In this document: one piece after another, positions 9,758-19,300 of the stretch | Numbering within the stretch: the first letter of the stretch is position 1 | How the letters are laid out: every line of letters begins with the position of its first letter | Source of the DNA: Fibrobacteria bacterium | GTDB lineage: Bacteria; Fibrobacterota; Fibrobacteria; UBA11236; JADFYW01 | Assembly: GCA_050294405.1 (NCBI GenBank) | Contig: JBNKOC010000027.1 | Location: 67,639-131,638 of the forward strand | Length of the DNA: 64,000 nt | Reading direction: 5' to 3' | Made by a program: the position numbers and the translations under genes | Notes under the pieces: model-generated | Databases searched by the model: none | Told to the model about the DNA's origin: nothing | What the model saw: the letters and a program-made list of their open reading frames with translations, nothing else

Positions 9758-10732
9758 ATGAGCGTACTTGTTACAGGCGGAACAGGCTGTTTAGGGTATC
9801 ACCTGTTATCCATTTTTACAAAGACTAAAGGTCAACTGATATCCTACAGCGATACTCCTCCCCTATCCTATCGCAAACTCAAACATGTTACTTATGTGGA
9901 AGGCGATTTGCAGGACGAGCGAAAATTAACCCAGGTTTTAAACGAATACAAACCCGAAGAAATTTACCACGCGGCCGCCCAAAATTCAGTAGGAATATCC
10001 AACGAAAAACCCGTGCACACTTTTCAGACCAACGTGCTGGGCACTCAAATCTTATTTGAAGCCATTCGTAAATCTGTGCCTAAAAGCCGGGTTATTTTCA
10101 TCAGCTCTTCAGAAATTTACGGGGCGGGAAAAGGAGTAGTGGATATTGTCCATGAAGAAGAAGATCCGCCGGTGCCTTTTACCGCCTTTGCCACCAGTAA
10201 GGCCTGCGGTGAATTGTTGGCCCACCAGTACATTAATGCCCATAAAATGGACATTGTAATTATCCGGCCTTTTCACTACACAGGGCCCTATCAATCCAGT
10301 ATGTATGTGCTTCCTTCCGTTGCCAAACAGCTGGTGGAAATTGAAAGGGACGATGGAGAGCTTTCCATATTTACCGGAAATTTAGATGTTTCCAGGGACT
10401 ATATTGATGTGCGGGACTTAGCCAGAGGAATTAGCCTTCTGGCCCATTCGGGTCAGTCGGGAGATGTATACAATATTTCCTCGGGCAAGGCCGCTCCTAT
10501 TCGCGATTTGGTAAACCGGCTCATTCAAATGACAGGCAATCCCATTGATATTTGTATTGACCCTTCCAAAGAACGTCCCAATGACATTCCCCTACTAGTG
10601 GGATCCCCCCAAAAAATGATGGATTTAACGGGCTGGACCCCAATTATTTCTATCGAAGACTCCCTCAGAGACTTATATTCTGAAATGAAAAATAGGGTAA
10701 AAACTTCCCGGCAAACCGGGGAAAAAATTTAA
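9758..10732 (+). CDS. Extended short-chain dehydrogenase (NAD-dependent sugar epimerase/dehydratase family)
   Basis: VTGGTGCLG glycine-rich loop, SSSEIYG, and an FATSK segment where YxxxK is expected. Confidence 0.8.
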   Translation: MSVLVTGGTGCLGYHLLSIFTKTKGQLISYSDTPPLSYRKLKHVTYVEGDLQDERKLTQVLNEYKPEEIYHAAAQNSVGISNEKPVHTFQTNVLGTQILFEAIRKSVPKSRVIFISSSEIYGAGKGVVDIVHEEEDPPVPFTAFATSKACGELLAHQYINAHKMDIVIIRPFHYTGPYQSSMYVLPSVAKQLVEIERDDGELSIFTGNLDVSRDYIDVRDLARGISLLAHSGQSGDVYNISSGKAAPIRDLVNRLIQMTGNPIDICIDPSKERPNDIPLLVGSPQKMMDLTGWTPIISIEDSLRDLYSEMKNRVKTSRQTGEKI

Positions 10733-10756
10733 GGAATAGTTTTTTAACGCAAAAAA

Positions 10757-11908
10757 ATGTTAGCCGAATTATTGTATGAAATTACAGGTTACAGCCTATT
10801 TCACGGAAGGCTTTTTCGGGCCGGGGCTGCGTCCATCACATCCATCTTGCTGGTTTTTATTTTTATGCCTATCCTTCTGCGTTGGGCGCAAAAAGTAAAC
10901 GCCAGTTCCGATTTTACCGAAGAGAAATCCAGCGCCCCTCCCATTTTAGGGGGAATATTATTGGTTCCGGTGGTTTTATTTTCCACCCTTTGCTTTACCA
11001 TTGTTAACAGTTATGTGTTATCCATTTTGGTTATTATGGTGGCCTTTTTTTCTATCGGCGCTGTGGACGACTTTGCCAAAATCTGGACTAAGCGTAAAAT
11101 CATGGAGGGAAAAGAAGAGAAAAAAAGCTACCAGGACAAGGCTGATGGCATCTCCGCACGTCTCAGACTGAGCCTTTATTTTTTCTTTTCTCTCATTGTT
11201 GCCATTTTCGCCTATAAATTTATTCCCGGCATGAACGGCCACATCAGCTTGCCCTTTATAAAGCCTGATGTTTGGTACCCGTATTTACCCAATTGGGCCT
11301 TCATAATTTTGATTTGCCTGGTCATCACCTCCACAGCCAACGGGGCCAACTTTACCGATGGCCTGGATAGCCTGGTTTCCATCCCCCTTATGACCACCGC
11401 TTTGTTTGTGGGAGTGGTCGCTTATATTTCGGGCAACACGGTTTTTTCCAAATATTTTTTAATACCCTATTTGCCCGGTGTAGACGAACTTTTTCCTTTA
11501 TGCGCCGCCATGATTGGCGCTCTGGCCGCCTATTTGTGGTTCAATAGCCCCCCTGCCCAGGTGTACATGGGCGATTCGGGCTCCATAGGATTTGGCGGAG
11601 CTATTGGTATGATGTTTGTGTTAATTAAAGCCGAATTTTTTATGCCCATTGTGGGCTTTGTATTTTTAATGGAAGCTCTTTCTGTTTTTTTCCAAATTGG
11701 ATGGTTTAAAATCACAAAAAACTTGCGGGCGGATAAACAAGGACAAAGGCTTTTTTTGCGGGCCCCCCTCCACCATCATTTCCAAATGTTATGGAAACAT
11801 CAATACCCAAATGCCAAGGAACTCAATTCAAAAATTGTATGGCGCTTTCATTTGGTGTCGCTTTTTGCGCTGGTTCTGGGTTCCCTCATATTTTTTAAAA
11901 TCAGATAA
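10757..11908 (+). CDS. mraY: Phospho-N-acetylmuramoyl-pentapeptide transferase
   Basis: AVDDFAKIW, NGANFTDGLDSL, MGDSGSIGFGGAIG and APLHHHFQ. It is polytopic. Confidence 0.88.
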   Translation: MLAELLYEITGYSLFHGRLFRAGAASITSILLVFIFMPILLRWAQKVNASSDFTEEKSSAPPILGGILLVPVVLFSTLCFTIVNSYVLSILVIMVAFFSIGAVDDFAKIWTKRKIMEGKEEKKSYQDKADGISARLRLSLYFFFSLIVAIFAYKFIPGMNGHISLPFIKPDVWYPYLPNWAFIILICLVITSTANGANFTDGLDSLVSIPLMTTALFVGVVAYISGNTVFSKYFLIPYLPGVDELFPLCAAMIGALAAYLWFNSPPAQVYMGDSGSIGFGGAIGMMFVLIKAEFFMPIVGFVFLMEALSVFFQIGWFKITKNLRADKQGQRLFLRAPLHHHFQMLWKHQYPNAKELNSKIVWRFHLVSLFALVLGSLIFFKIR

Positions 11909-12859
11909 TACCAGTTTTTTTCCCAGAGGGGCAGTGCTCTGGTTGCGGCTTTCTAAAATAGCGCTTTCTAAGGGGAAAAAATCCGTTAAATATATACATG
12001 CTAAAAATTCCACCCAGGGGTCCAGTTCCTCGCATTGGGGAAGGGTCCTGTAGTCAATATCCACTTCACATTTAAGGTTATTGTAGCTAAACTCGTAATG
12101 TTCGCCAGACACCACGCCCTCGCCATCCAGATTATAGTGATTCACCACTGTGGCTTTTCGGCTGCGAAGAAAAAGTTCGTAGCTTTGACAGCTTTTATCC
12201 TGAAACTGGAGGTTTTGAGACAATAGCCCCAGCGCATTGGAAATATCGGGAACGCTATCCACAAACACATCGTACATAAAATTAAACTCTTCCAAAACCA
12301 CCCAATCTGTAAAACTCGCCAGCTCACATAAGTTGGCTTCAATAACCGAGTACATGGAATCATTTTCAAAGCTGAAGGTTTCCAGCATATTATTTACCTG
12401 AAAAGTATCTGGAGGCGAAATAGAATCGCAAAGACTGCTTACTTCAAAACCTTCCGGAATAGCACCCGTTTGAGAATTGACACTAATCCAATCTCCCTCA
12501 AAAGGCAGTCCTTCTTCCGATTCATAGACCCAGGCTTCACAACGGTTAAAAGACCACAATTTTAAAGTATTGCCCTTAAACTCATAATACTGGGAATAGC
12601 CCAAAGAATCGTAAACCACACCTGAATCTGTGCACACGGGAAAATATTCGTAATAATCTATGGTGCTGCTGCTATCCTCAGCACTATAACTAAAAGCCGT
12701 TTTGAGGATAACTTTTCGCTTTGTGTAATCCACTTGAGGGATTTCAGGTGGGGGATCGGGGTCTTTATCCTTCGAACCGGCTCCATTCCCTCCGGTAAGA
12801 CAGCCCACTACCATAAAGGAAGATAAAAACACCAATGCCCAAATATTAAAAGCAGCCAT
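11828..12859 (-). CDS. Hypothetical lipoprotein
   Basis: The signal peptide has a lipobox-like FMVVGC, followed by a GNGAGSKDKDPDPPP linker. No family was recognised. Confidence 0.55.
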   Translation of the reverse strand: MAAFNIWALVFLSSFMVVGCLTGGNGAGSKDKDPDPPPEIPQVDYTKRKVILKTAFSYSAEDSSSTIDYYEYFPVCTDSGVVYDSLGYSQYYEFKGNTLKLWSFNRCEAWVYESEEGLPFEGDWISVNSQTGAIPEGFEVSSLCDSISPPDTFQVNNMLETFSFENDSMYSVIEANLCELASFTDWVVLEEFNFMYDVFVDSVPDISNALGLLSQNLQFQDKSCQSYELFLRSRKATVVNHYNLDGEGVVSGEHYEFSYNNLKCEVDIDYRTLPQCEELDPWVEFLACIYLTDFFPLESAILESRNQSTAPLGKKLVLSDFKKYEGTQNQRKKRHQMKAPYNF

Positions 12860-12924
12860 AATAAACTTTAAAATACTTTAACTTTTATGATACAATAAAG
12901 ACTTAAAAAAATATAGAGGGTCCC

Positions 12925-14040
12925 ATGAGCCTAGTTCAAACAGAATCCCCCAAATCCTCCACAAGAATTTTGGCCAAAATTTTAATCATCGACGACGAAG
13001 AATCCATTGGAATTGGAGTTTCCGATTTGCTCAATAGCTACGAATATTCTGCCGATTACGTTATGTCCGCAGAAGCGGGAGTAAAATATCTGGAATCCAA
13101 TCCCGATGTGGATATTGTGCTATTGGACATTAATTTGGGCACGGGAATGTCAGGCCTGGAAGCATTGCCGGTAATAAAAGATCGTTTTCGCTATGTGCAA
13201 ATTATAATGCTCACCAGCCACGACTCCATTGAAGTAGGCATAAAGGCCATGAAAAACGGGGCCCACGACTACCTCACCAAGCCTTTTGACGAGCGGAATT
13301 TTTTTGAGTTAGTTCCCCAAGCCCTGGAAAAGAAAAAACTCACACAGCTTAGCGATTTGTATTTGGGCATATTAGTTCACGATATGAACAACCCCCTCAA
13401 CAACATCAGCCTGGGCATGGATATGTTGAAAATTACTTTAAAGGAAAACCTGAATCCCAGACAAGAACGGCTTTTTGGGGTGGTCCATTCGGGCCTTTGG
13501 GAAATAAAAAACATGGTGCGCAACATTTTAAATGTGAACAAGTTTGAGCAGGGAGGTGTGGCTGCCCGCATCACCGAATTCGAGCTGCGTCCCTGTCTGG
13601 AAAAAACCCTGTCTATTTTTTCCGGCCTTATCCAAATTACCGAGAAAAAAATTAAAACCGAATTTTTATTGCCAGAAAATTCAAAAATCCATGCGGATAA
13701 GGAACTACTCAATCAGGTCATTGGCAATTTGCTTTCCAATTCCTTGCGATATTGCCCCAAAAATGAGGAAGTGGAATTTAAGGTGCAGTATTCTGAGCCA
13801 AAACTTTTGAAGTTTTCGGTGACCAACCCCGGTTCTTTTGTGCCTGATTCCATGAAAAATGAAATCTTCAACAAATTTTTTATCGGGCAAGCCCAGGAAA
13901 AAGGCAAATCCAACCGTAATTTTGGCCTGGGACTCTCCTATAGTAAAATGGCTGTGGAAGCCATGAATGGCCATATTTGGGTTGAAAGTCAGGAAAGTCC
14001 AGAAATAACAACTTTTCATTTCACAATCCCCCAATCCTGA
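12925..14040 (+). CDS. Soluble response-regulator receiver / histidine kinase hybrid (REC-HisKA-HATPase)
   Basis: The REC domain has IIDDEE, an acceptor Asp in VLLDINL (D68) and KPFD. The H-box is LVHDMNNPL (H152), the N-box is GNLLSNSLRY and the G2 box is FGLGLSY. Confidence 0.9.
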   Translation: MSLVQTESPKSSTRILAKILIIDDEESIGIGVSDLLNSYEYSADYVMSAEAGVKYLESNPDVDIVLLDINLGTGMSGLEALPVIKDRFRYVQIIMLTSHDSIEVGIKAMKNGAHDYLTKPFDERNFFELVPQALEKKKLTQLSDLYLGILVHDMNNPLNNISLGMDMLKITLKENLNPRQERLFGVVHSGLWEIKNMVRNILNVNKFEQGGVAARITEFELRPCLEKTLSIFSGLIQITEKKIKTEFLLPENSKIHADKELLNQVIGNLLSNSLRYCPKNEEVEFKVQYSEPKLLKFSVTNPGSFVPDSMKNEIFNKFFIGQAQEKGKSNRNFGLGLSYSKMAVEAMNGHIWVESQESPEITTFHFTIPQS

Positions 14041-14173
14041 AAAAATTGTTTGTTTTAAAAATCAAAAAGTTTTACCAAATTTATCCACAACCTTAAATCG
14101 ATATTGTTGAAAGCTGTAAATATTTTCGACAATCACATGCCATTTTAAGCAACTATTAACTCTTACTCACAAC

Positions 14174-14215
14174 TTTCCAACATCTTTTTGGCTAATGTTT
14201 ATTGAATGTTGGAAA
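14174..14215. repeat. 10-bp inverted repeat TTTCCAACAT-N22-ATGTTGGAAA upstream of the SRPBCC-PilZ gene
   Basis: Read directly from the sequence. It lies about 135 nt upstream of the ATG at 14351. Confidence 0.85.
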
Positions 14216-14350
14216 CAATTGTCTCCATTCCCCAATTCTAAATTTGCTGGAGCGCTAATTAGCTTGTGATGGACCTTGCGGGGATTTATATTTCTAAAAA
14301 GGCAATGAGTTTTAGTTAATGTTAACGAGTTGGGCACTCAAGGGGTTGTT

Positions 14351-15103
14351 ATGTCCATTCAGACTATAATCGCAGAAACATTTTTTGAAGGAATGAACCG
14401 CCAGGATAAAGTCTGGGATGTTATTAGCCATATTGAAGAACATTCTCAAAAACTGGCTAATGTATTAGACTTGTATTCCTTAAAAACTATGGCCACGGAA
14501 AAACATCTTTCCTGGAATGCCATGTTGGATGACGCTCCCTTTAGTTGGATAGAAAAAAATATTTTTGATTCGCAAAATAAAGTTCTCCAATTTGAGTCCC
14601 TTAGCGGTGACTTTGATATATGGAGAGGTAAATGGAAGGTGGGCCTTAACTCGAAAAACGCAGTGAGCCTAAAAATTAAATTGGAGTACGAATTAGGTAT
14701 TCCAGTTCTGGAAGAAAACATCAGCGACATTCTCCAAACAAAAGTTCATGGGTACTTAAAGTTGTTGCTTCTTAGTATTGGGCGAATTGTGGAGAACAAG
14801 CAAAGAGATGAAAGAGTTAATCCACGTTATTATTTAGATGCTTTTCACAATGCCACATTAAATGGGCTTAATTCTCCCATTAGCATTGTTGATATATCCA
14901 GGGGTGGGGCTAGAATCAAAATAAGCTCAGCTGTTGGAAAGTATACAGAGTCCATTACTATTGGACAAACTGAGCATGAAGTTGGAGAATTTATCCCTGA
15001 ACATGGCAATTTTGGTAGAATAATTTTTGCCCACGAATTATCTGATGAATCTTTATCAAGTATTCTTGACGAAGCAGAATACATTCGGGCCAACAGCAAT
15101 TAA
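14351..15103 (+). CDS. SRPBCC (cyclase/dehydrase-like ligand-binding) domain fused to a PilZ domain
   Basis: The ATG at 14351 is preceded by AAGGGG; the track start at 14330 is TTG. N-terminal motifs are KVWDVISHIEEH...SGDFDIWRGKWKV...LEYELGIPVLEE. The C-terminal PilZ motifs are RVNPR (RxxxR) and DISRGG (DxSxxG). Confidence 0.72.
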   Translation: MSIQTIIAETFFEGMNRQDKVWDVISHIEEHSQKLANVLDLYSLKTMATEKHLSWNAMLDDAPFSWIEKNIFDSQNKVLQFESLSGDFDIWRGKWKVGLNSKNAVSLKIKLEYELGIPVLEENISDILQTKVHGYLKLLLLSIGRIVENKQRDERVNPRYYLDAFHNATLNGLNSPISIVDISRGGARIKISSAVGKYTESITIGQTEHEVGEFIPEHGNFGRIIFAHELSDESLSSILDEAEYIRANSN

Positions 15104-15314
15104 CAAATTTAAAAAAGGAAATTCTTTACCGGAATTCCTTGTTCTTGGAGCCTTTATCTTTAATATTTAGTTATAGATAAATGTTTATTTAGTTTTTAAA
15201 GAAGTCATTTCCCGATAACATGGTTACAGCGCAAAAACCTGGCAAGTTTGCATTAATAAAACATGCTGCTAAAGAATATAGATACATAGTAGCTGATCCA
15301 GTTTAGGAATTATT

Positions 15315-16394
15315 TTGGAAAAAATTGCCTTTTTCATTAGTCCTGCAAATTGGGAAATTTTTTCTCAAAACTTAAACCAACTCAAGCCATCTAAAATATA
15401 CAGGGAAGAGCTTATAAAGCCAATGTTACAATGGGCTAACCCTAAGGTATTCAAAAGCTTTTCAGAACTTACATTCGATTCAAAAAAATATTTTGAAGGG
15501 TGTATAATTCTTGTTCCTTTTTTCCCGGATCGCCACTATAAAGACAGCAAATTTGTATTAGACAAAATAGAATCAGCTTTTGAGGTAGCAAAAAAAGAAA
15601 ACTGCACTATTGCAACATTAACAGGTTTTAATTCAATTGCTGTCCAAAGCAGAGAGTCTTATTTTGAGAAGAAATATAATATAAAGGTTACATCTGGAAA
15701 TACAACTACGGCGACAATAATCGTTAAATCAATATTGGACATATCCGATAAATTTAATCTTGATTTATCAGTTTCATCCTTAGCCATTATTGGAGCCACC
15801 GGAGACATTGGAAGAGGCTGCTTTTTAGGATTAGCCGAATATTTTCAAAAAATTTGGCTAACGGGCAGAGGTCTTAAGCCGCTGGAAGAGTTATACAATA
15901 CATATGCAAGCATCTATGATTGCGATATGGAAATTACAATGGATTCTGAATTTGCCATTTCTGAAAGCCAAATAGCCATTTTTGTAACAAGTTCCCCTAA
16001 AGAGCTATTTCATTTAAATGACTTACCAAAAAAGACAATAATTTGCGATGCTTCTTCTCCCATTAATATAAAAACCGGCGACTCGTTGAGAGATGACGTT
16101 TTTTTATACCACGGAGGAATAGTAAATATTCCCTTTGAGTTTAACTTGGGATTCGATTCAGGTTTGTCCAGCCAGAGTCATGTGTACGGCTGCGAACTTG
16201 AAGGTATGTTAATGGGTGTAAATCCCGATTTATCGGGGTCCCACGGAAGAGGAAATATAGACAGCTTTAGACTTAATACCTTTGAATCTGAGCTTATAAA
16301 ATATCCTAATATTAGTTTAGCTTATTCGTGGAAAAACAAACAGTATCACAACATGGAACTATTAACCTATGCGAACTATTGGCGGAACTCTTAA
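15315..16394 (+). CDS. Acyl-ACP reductase (AAR)-like NAD(P)-dependent reductase
   Basis: TLTGFNSI, TSGNTTTA, IIGATGDIGRG and YGCELEGML align by eye with cyanobacterial AAR (LGGFTSI, TTGNTHTA, VVGATGDIGSA, FACFAEAML). It has a TTG start. Confidence 0.65.
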   Translation: MEKIAFFISPANWEIFSQNLNQLKPSKIYREELIKPMLQWANPKVFKSFSELTFDSKKYFEGCIILVPFFPDRHYKDSKFVLDKIESAFEVAKKENCTIATLTGFNSIAVQSRESYFEKKYNIKVTSGNTTTATIIVKSILDISDKFNLDLSVSSLAIIGATGDIGRGCFLGLAEYFQKIWLTGRGLKPLEELYNTYASIYDCDMEITMDSEFAISESQIAIFVTSSPKELFHLNDLPKKTIICDASSPINIKTGDSLRDDVFLYHGGIVNIPFEFNLGFDSGLSSQSHVYGCELEGMLMGVNPDLSGSHGRGNIDSFRLNTFESELIKYPNISLAYSWKNKQYHNMELLTYANYWRNS

Positions 16395-19300
16395 AGGCCC
16401 ATTTCTTCCGCGATTTTAAAGGATAATTTTTCCACCGTAGAGTTTTCCAACACGTCCATTGAATTTATTTCGACAGCTAACTCCATTGAGATGGCTGAGA
16501 CTAATTCAACCGCTAATATGGAATCAATACCAAGATCATTTATCAGCGCATGATTTGAAATTTGACCGACATCAATGTTAAGCATTTTTGAAAGTGTTTC
16601 CTTTAAAAAAGTATGAATTGAATTAATGTCCTTTTTTATTGAATCTTGAACCCATTCAACTTGAGCCTTTTCTATTTTATACTTTTCTATAACTTTTCCA
16701 AAATATTTCGCATCATAAAAATCAGGGTATTTTTTTAGCCACTTACTCCAATCAGACTTGAAACATCCAATTTGAGGCTGATTAGTTCGCAGTGTCAGAT
16801 TAATAGTATTTAAAACATCGTCAATAGTTAAGTATTCCAGACCAATTGATTTTAAATAATTTTGGGCTGCCTGGTTCTTCGCCGCAGCGCCTACGGCTTC
16901 CACAGGCCCTAAATTTATAGAAAAGCTTGCAAAGCCTTGTAACCTCATATGCTGCATAAGACCATCTAAAAAGCCGTTTGACGCCCCGTAGGCCAACTGA
17001 CCCTGGTTTCCGACAATTGAAGTTATAGAAGAAAAACTAATGAAAAATTTTATTCTTTTTTTGTCCAATAGTTCAAAAATATTTAGGGCTCCTACAACTT
17101 TTGGGTTAAGTGTCTTAACAAAATTATTTCTTGTGACATTTTCAAATAATTTGTCTTCAATAACAGCTGCAGAGTGAAAAACACCTGAAATTTTAAATCC
17201 GGTACTCTGAATTTTATCGAAAAATTGTTTTAGTTCTGCTTTATTGGCTATGTCCATTTTACCTGAAAAAATTTGAATTCCAGATTCATTCGAGTTACGA
17301 ATGAAATTAATAGCTTCTTCGGATTTAGGCCCGCTCCTTCCGCACAATGCAATGTTTTTGGCCCCATTTTTTATCAACCATTTTGCCACCTCAATTCCCA
17401 GCCCTCCAAACCCTCCGGTAATCAGGAAAACATCCTTTGAATTAATAATGTTTTGTTTGATGTTTGCATCACAGACTGGAATTGGGAGGCGGGTTTCTTT
17501 ATTAATGTCTTCCACTCTTTTTAGACGCGCAAGATCCATCGGATCCAGAAAAATTGTATAAAATTTGTTTTTGATGCTGCATAAGCAATCTGTGTTACCG
17601 GCCATAAGGGTTAATTCTGAAGGAATATTATAATTAATAGCAAACCTCATATTCCGAAGTTCAATAGCCGCCGTTTTTAAGAAGCTGCTTATCATAGTAA
17701 ACTCGGGATTTTCCAAAGGGTTTTCATTTTTAGAATGCATTTTAACAATTACATTTCGAATATTGCCCGACTTGCCTGCCAAAGAAATAATGTTTTGAAG
17801 CCTGGCTAGGGTATCGGCAGTTTTATTGCCGTAAAAATTATTACTAGATGTAATATTTTGGATACTCAATGTATTTTTATTCTTAATATCCACGAAATTT
17901 TTGGAAGATACTTTTGCATTTAGACCCAATTTAATTACATCTACATTTGAAATGTCTAATACTTTATTTCTATCAATTTCCGTTAAGGATGGATTATAGT
18001 ATATCCAATTCTTAAATCCTGGAGATGGTATGGACTTGAACACTAAGTTTTCGACAACGGCTAATATGTGACCGTATTGGGATATTACCTTTAAGTTAAC
18101 AGCCATTTTTTCCTCTGAAGAGGTGTGGATTTCTCCATATACATAAAAACCCTCCTCTGGTAGAGAAAATATTGAAATTTTTTTAATCTCACTGGGTACA
18201 TATTTTTCATTATTTGGAACAAAAGCCAGACAAGCCTGAAGACATGCATCCAAATTTCCAGAAAAGTACTTAAAACCATCAATACTTTCGAAATTAAAAT
18301 TTATCTCGGCAAGGAATTCACTATCAAGCAGGAATAAATTCTTAATTGAAGCAAAACTTCTTTTATAATCGTACCCCAACTCCCGAAAGTAATCATATAC
18401 GTCATCTCCCAATATTGAAACTTTACCGAACTTTTGTTTCAATGTGACCAATTCAATTCCCGAAGGCTCTTCAAATTCACTAACATCAATATTTGCCCGA
18501 GCACATAAATTCCATGGAGATTCATTAGACACTTGCTTAGTATAGAATAATATATCAGATGCTTGTTCATTATAGTGGGTTTGCATATCCACTACATCTT
18601 CGTCTGGAATGACAATCATTTTCAATATTTTGAAGTTATGGATATCAAGCTTTTTTATACTCTCCTGATATTTTGTGAAATGTAATATTGAATCAATAAA
18701 ACCCATGCCGGGAAACACTTTTTTACCCAAGACACAGTGGTCAGGCAAAAATGGAAAAAAATAATCATTTAACTCCGCGTTCCATACTTCCCCAGGTACA
18801 TTCATTTTCACCTGCATAAATGGGCTATTGCCGGGGTTCCCTACCCTGGCTACCTTGGATTCTGGAGATTCTGACCAATGGTAGGATTTTTGCCAGGGAT
18901 AGCTTGGTATTCTTATAAAATTACCTCTCGGGTGAATAATTTGCTCCCAATTTATGTTCCCACCTATCGTAAAAAAAGAGGAAAGGGATTGAAAAAAGCA
19001 TTCCACCGCATCTTGCTCCCGTAACAGAGAATTAACATAGTTAAATGGTATCCTTTTTACATCACAGACTTTTTTAATTGATGATTTCAGCACATGATGT
19101 GCACTTATTTCAACAATAACATCATAACCGTCTTTCAGTGCTTCTTCGAATGCCTTGTGAAAATATACCGGTTGCCTGATGTTATTACACCAGTAATCTG
19201 GGTTGAAAACAGCATCATTTACTTTTTCGCCAAATACTGAAGAATAAAGATTAATAGCCGGAGCCTTAGACTTCAGGCCCTTTATTGATTTTCTGAATTT

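Noticed and set aside
15315-16394. Cyanobacterial-type alkane pathway (AAR + aldehyde-deformylating oxygenase)
   Set aside because: No ferritin-like ADO gene is adjacent or anywhere in the window. The reductase is instead paired with a PKS, so a hydrocarbon pathway is not supported.
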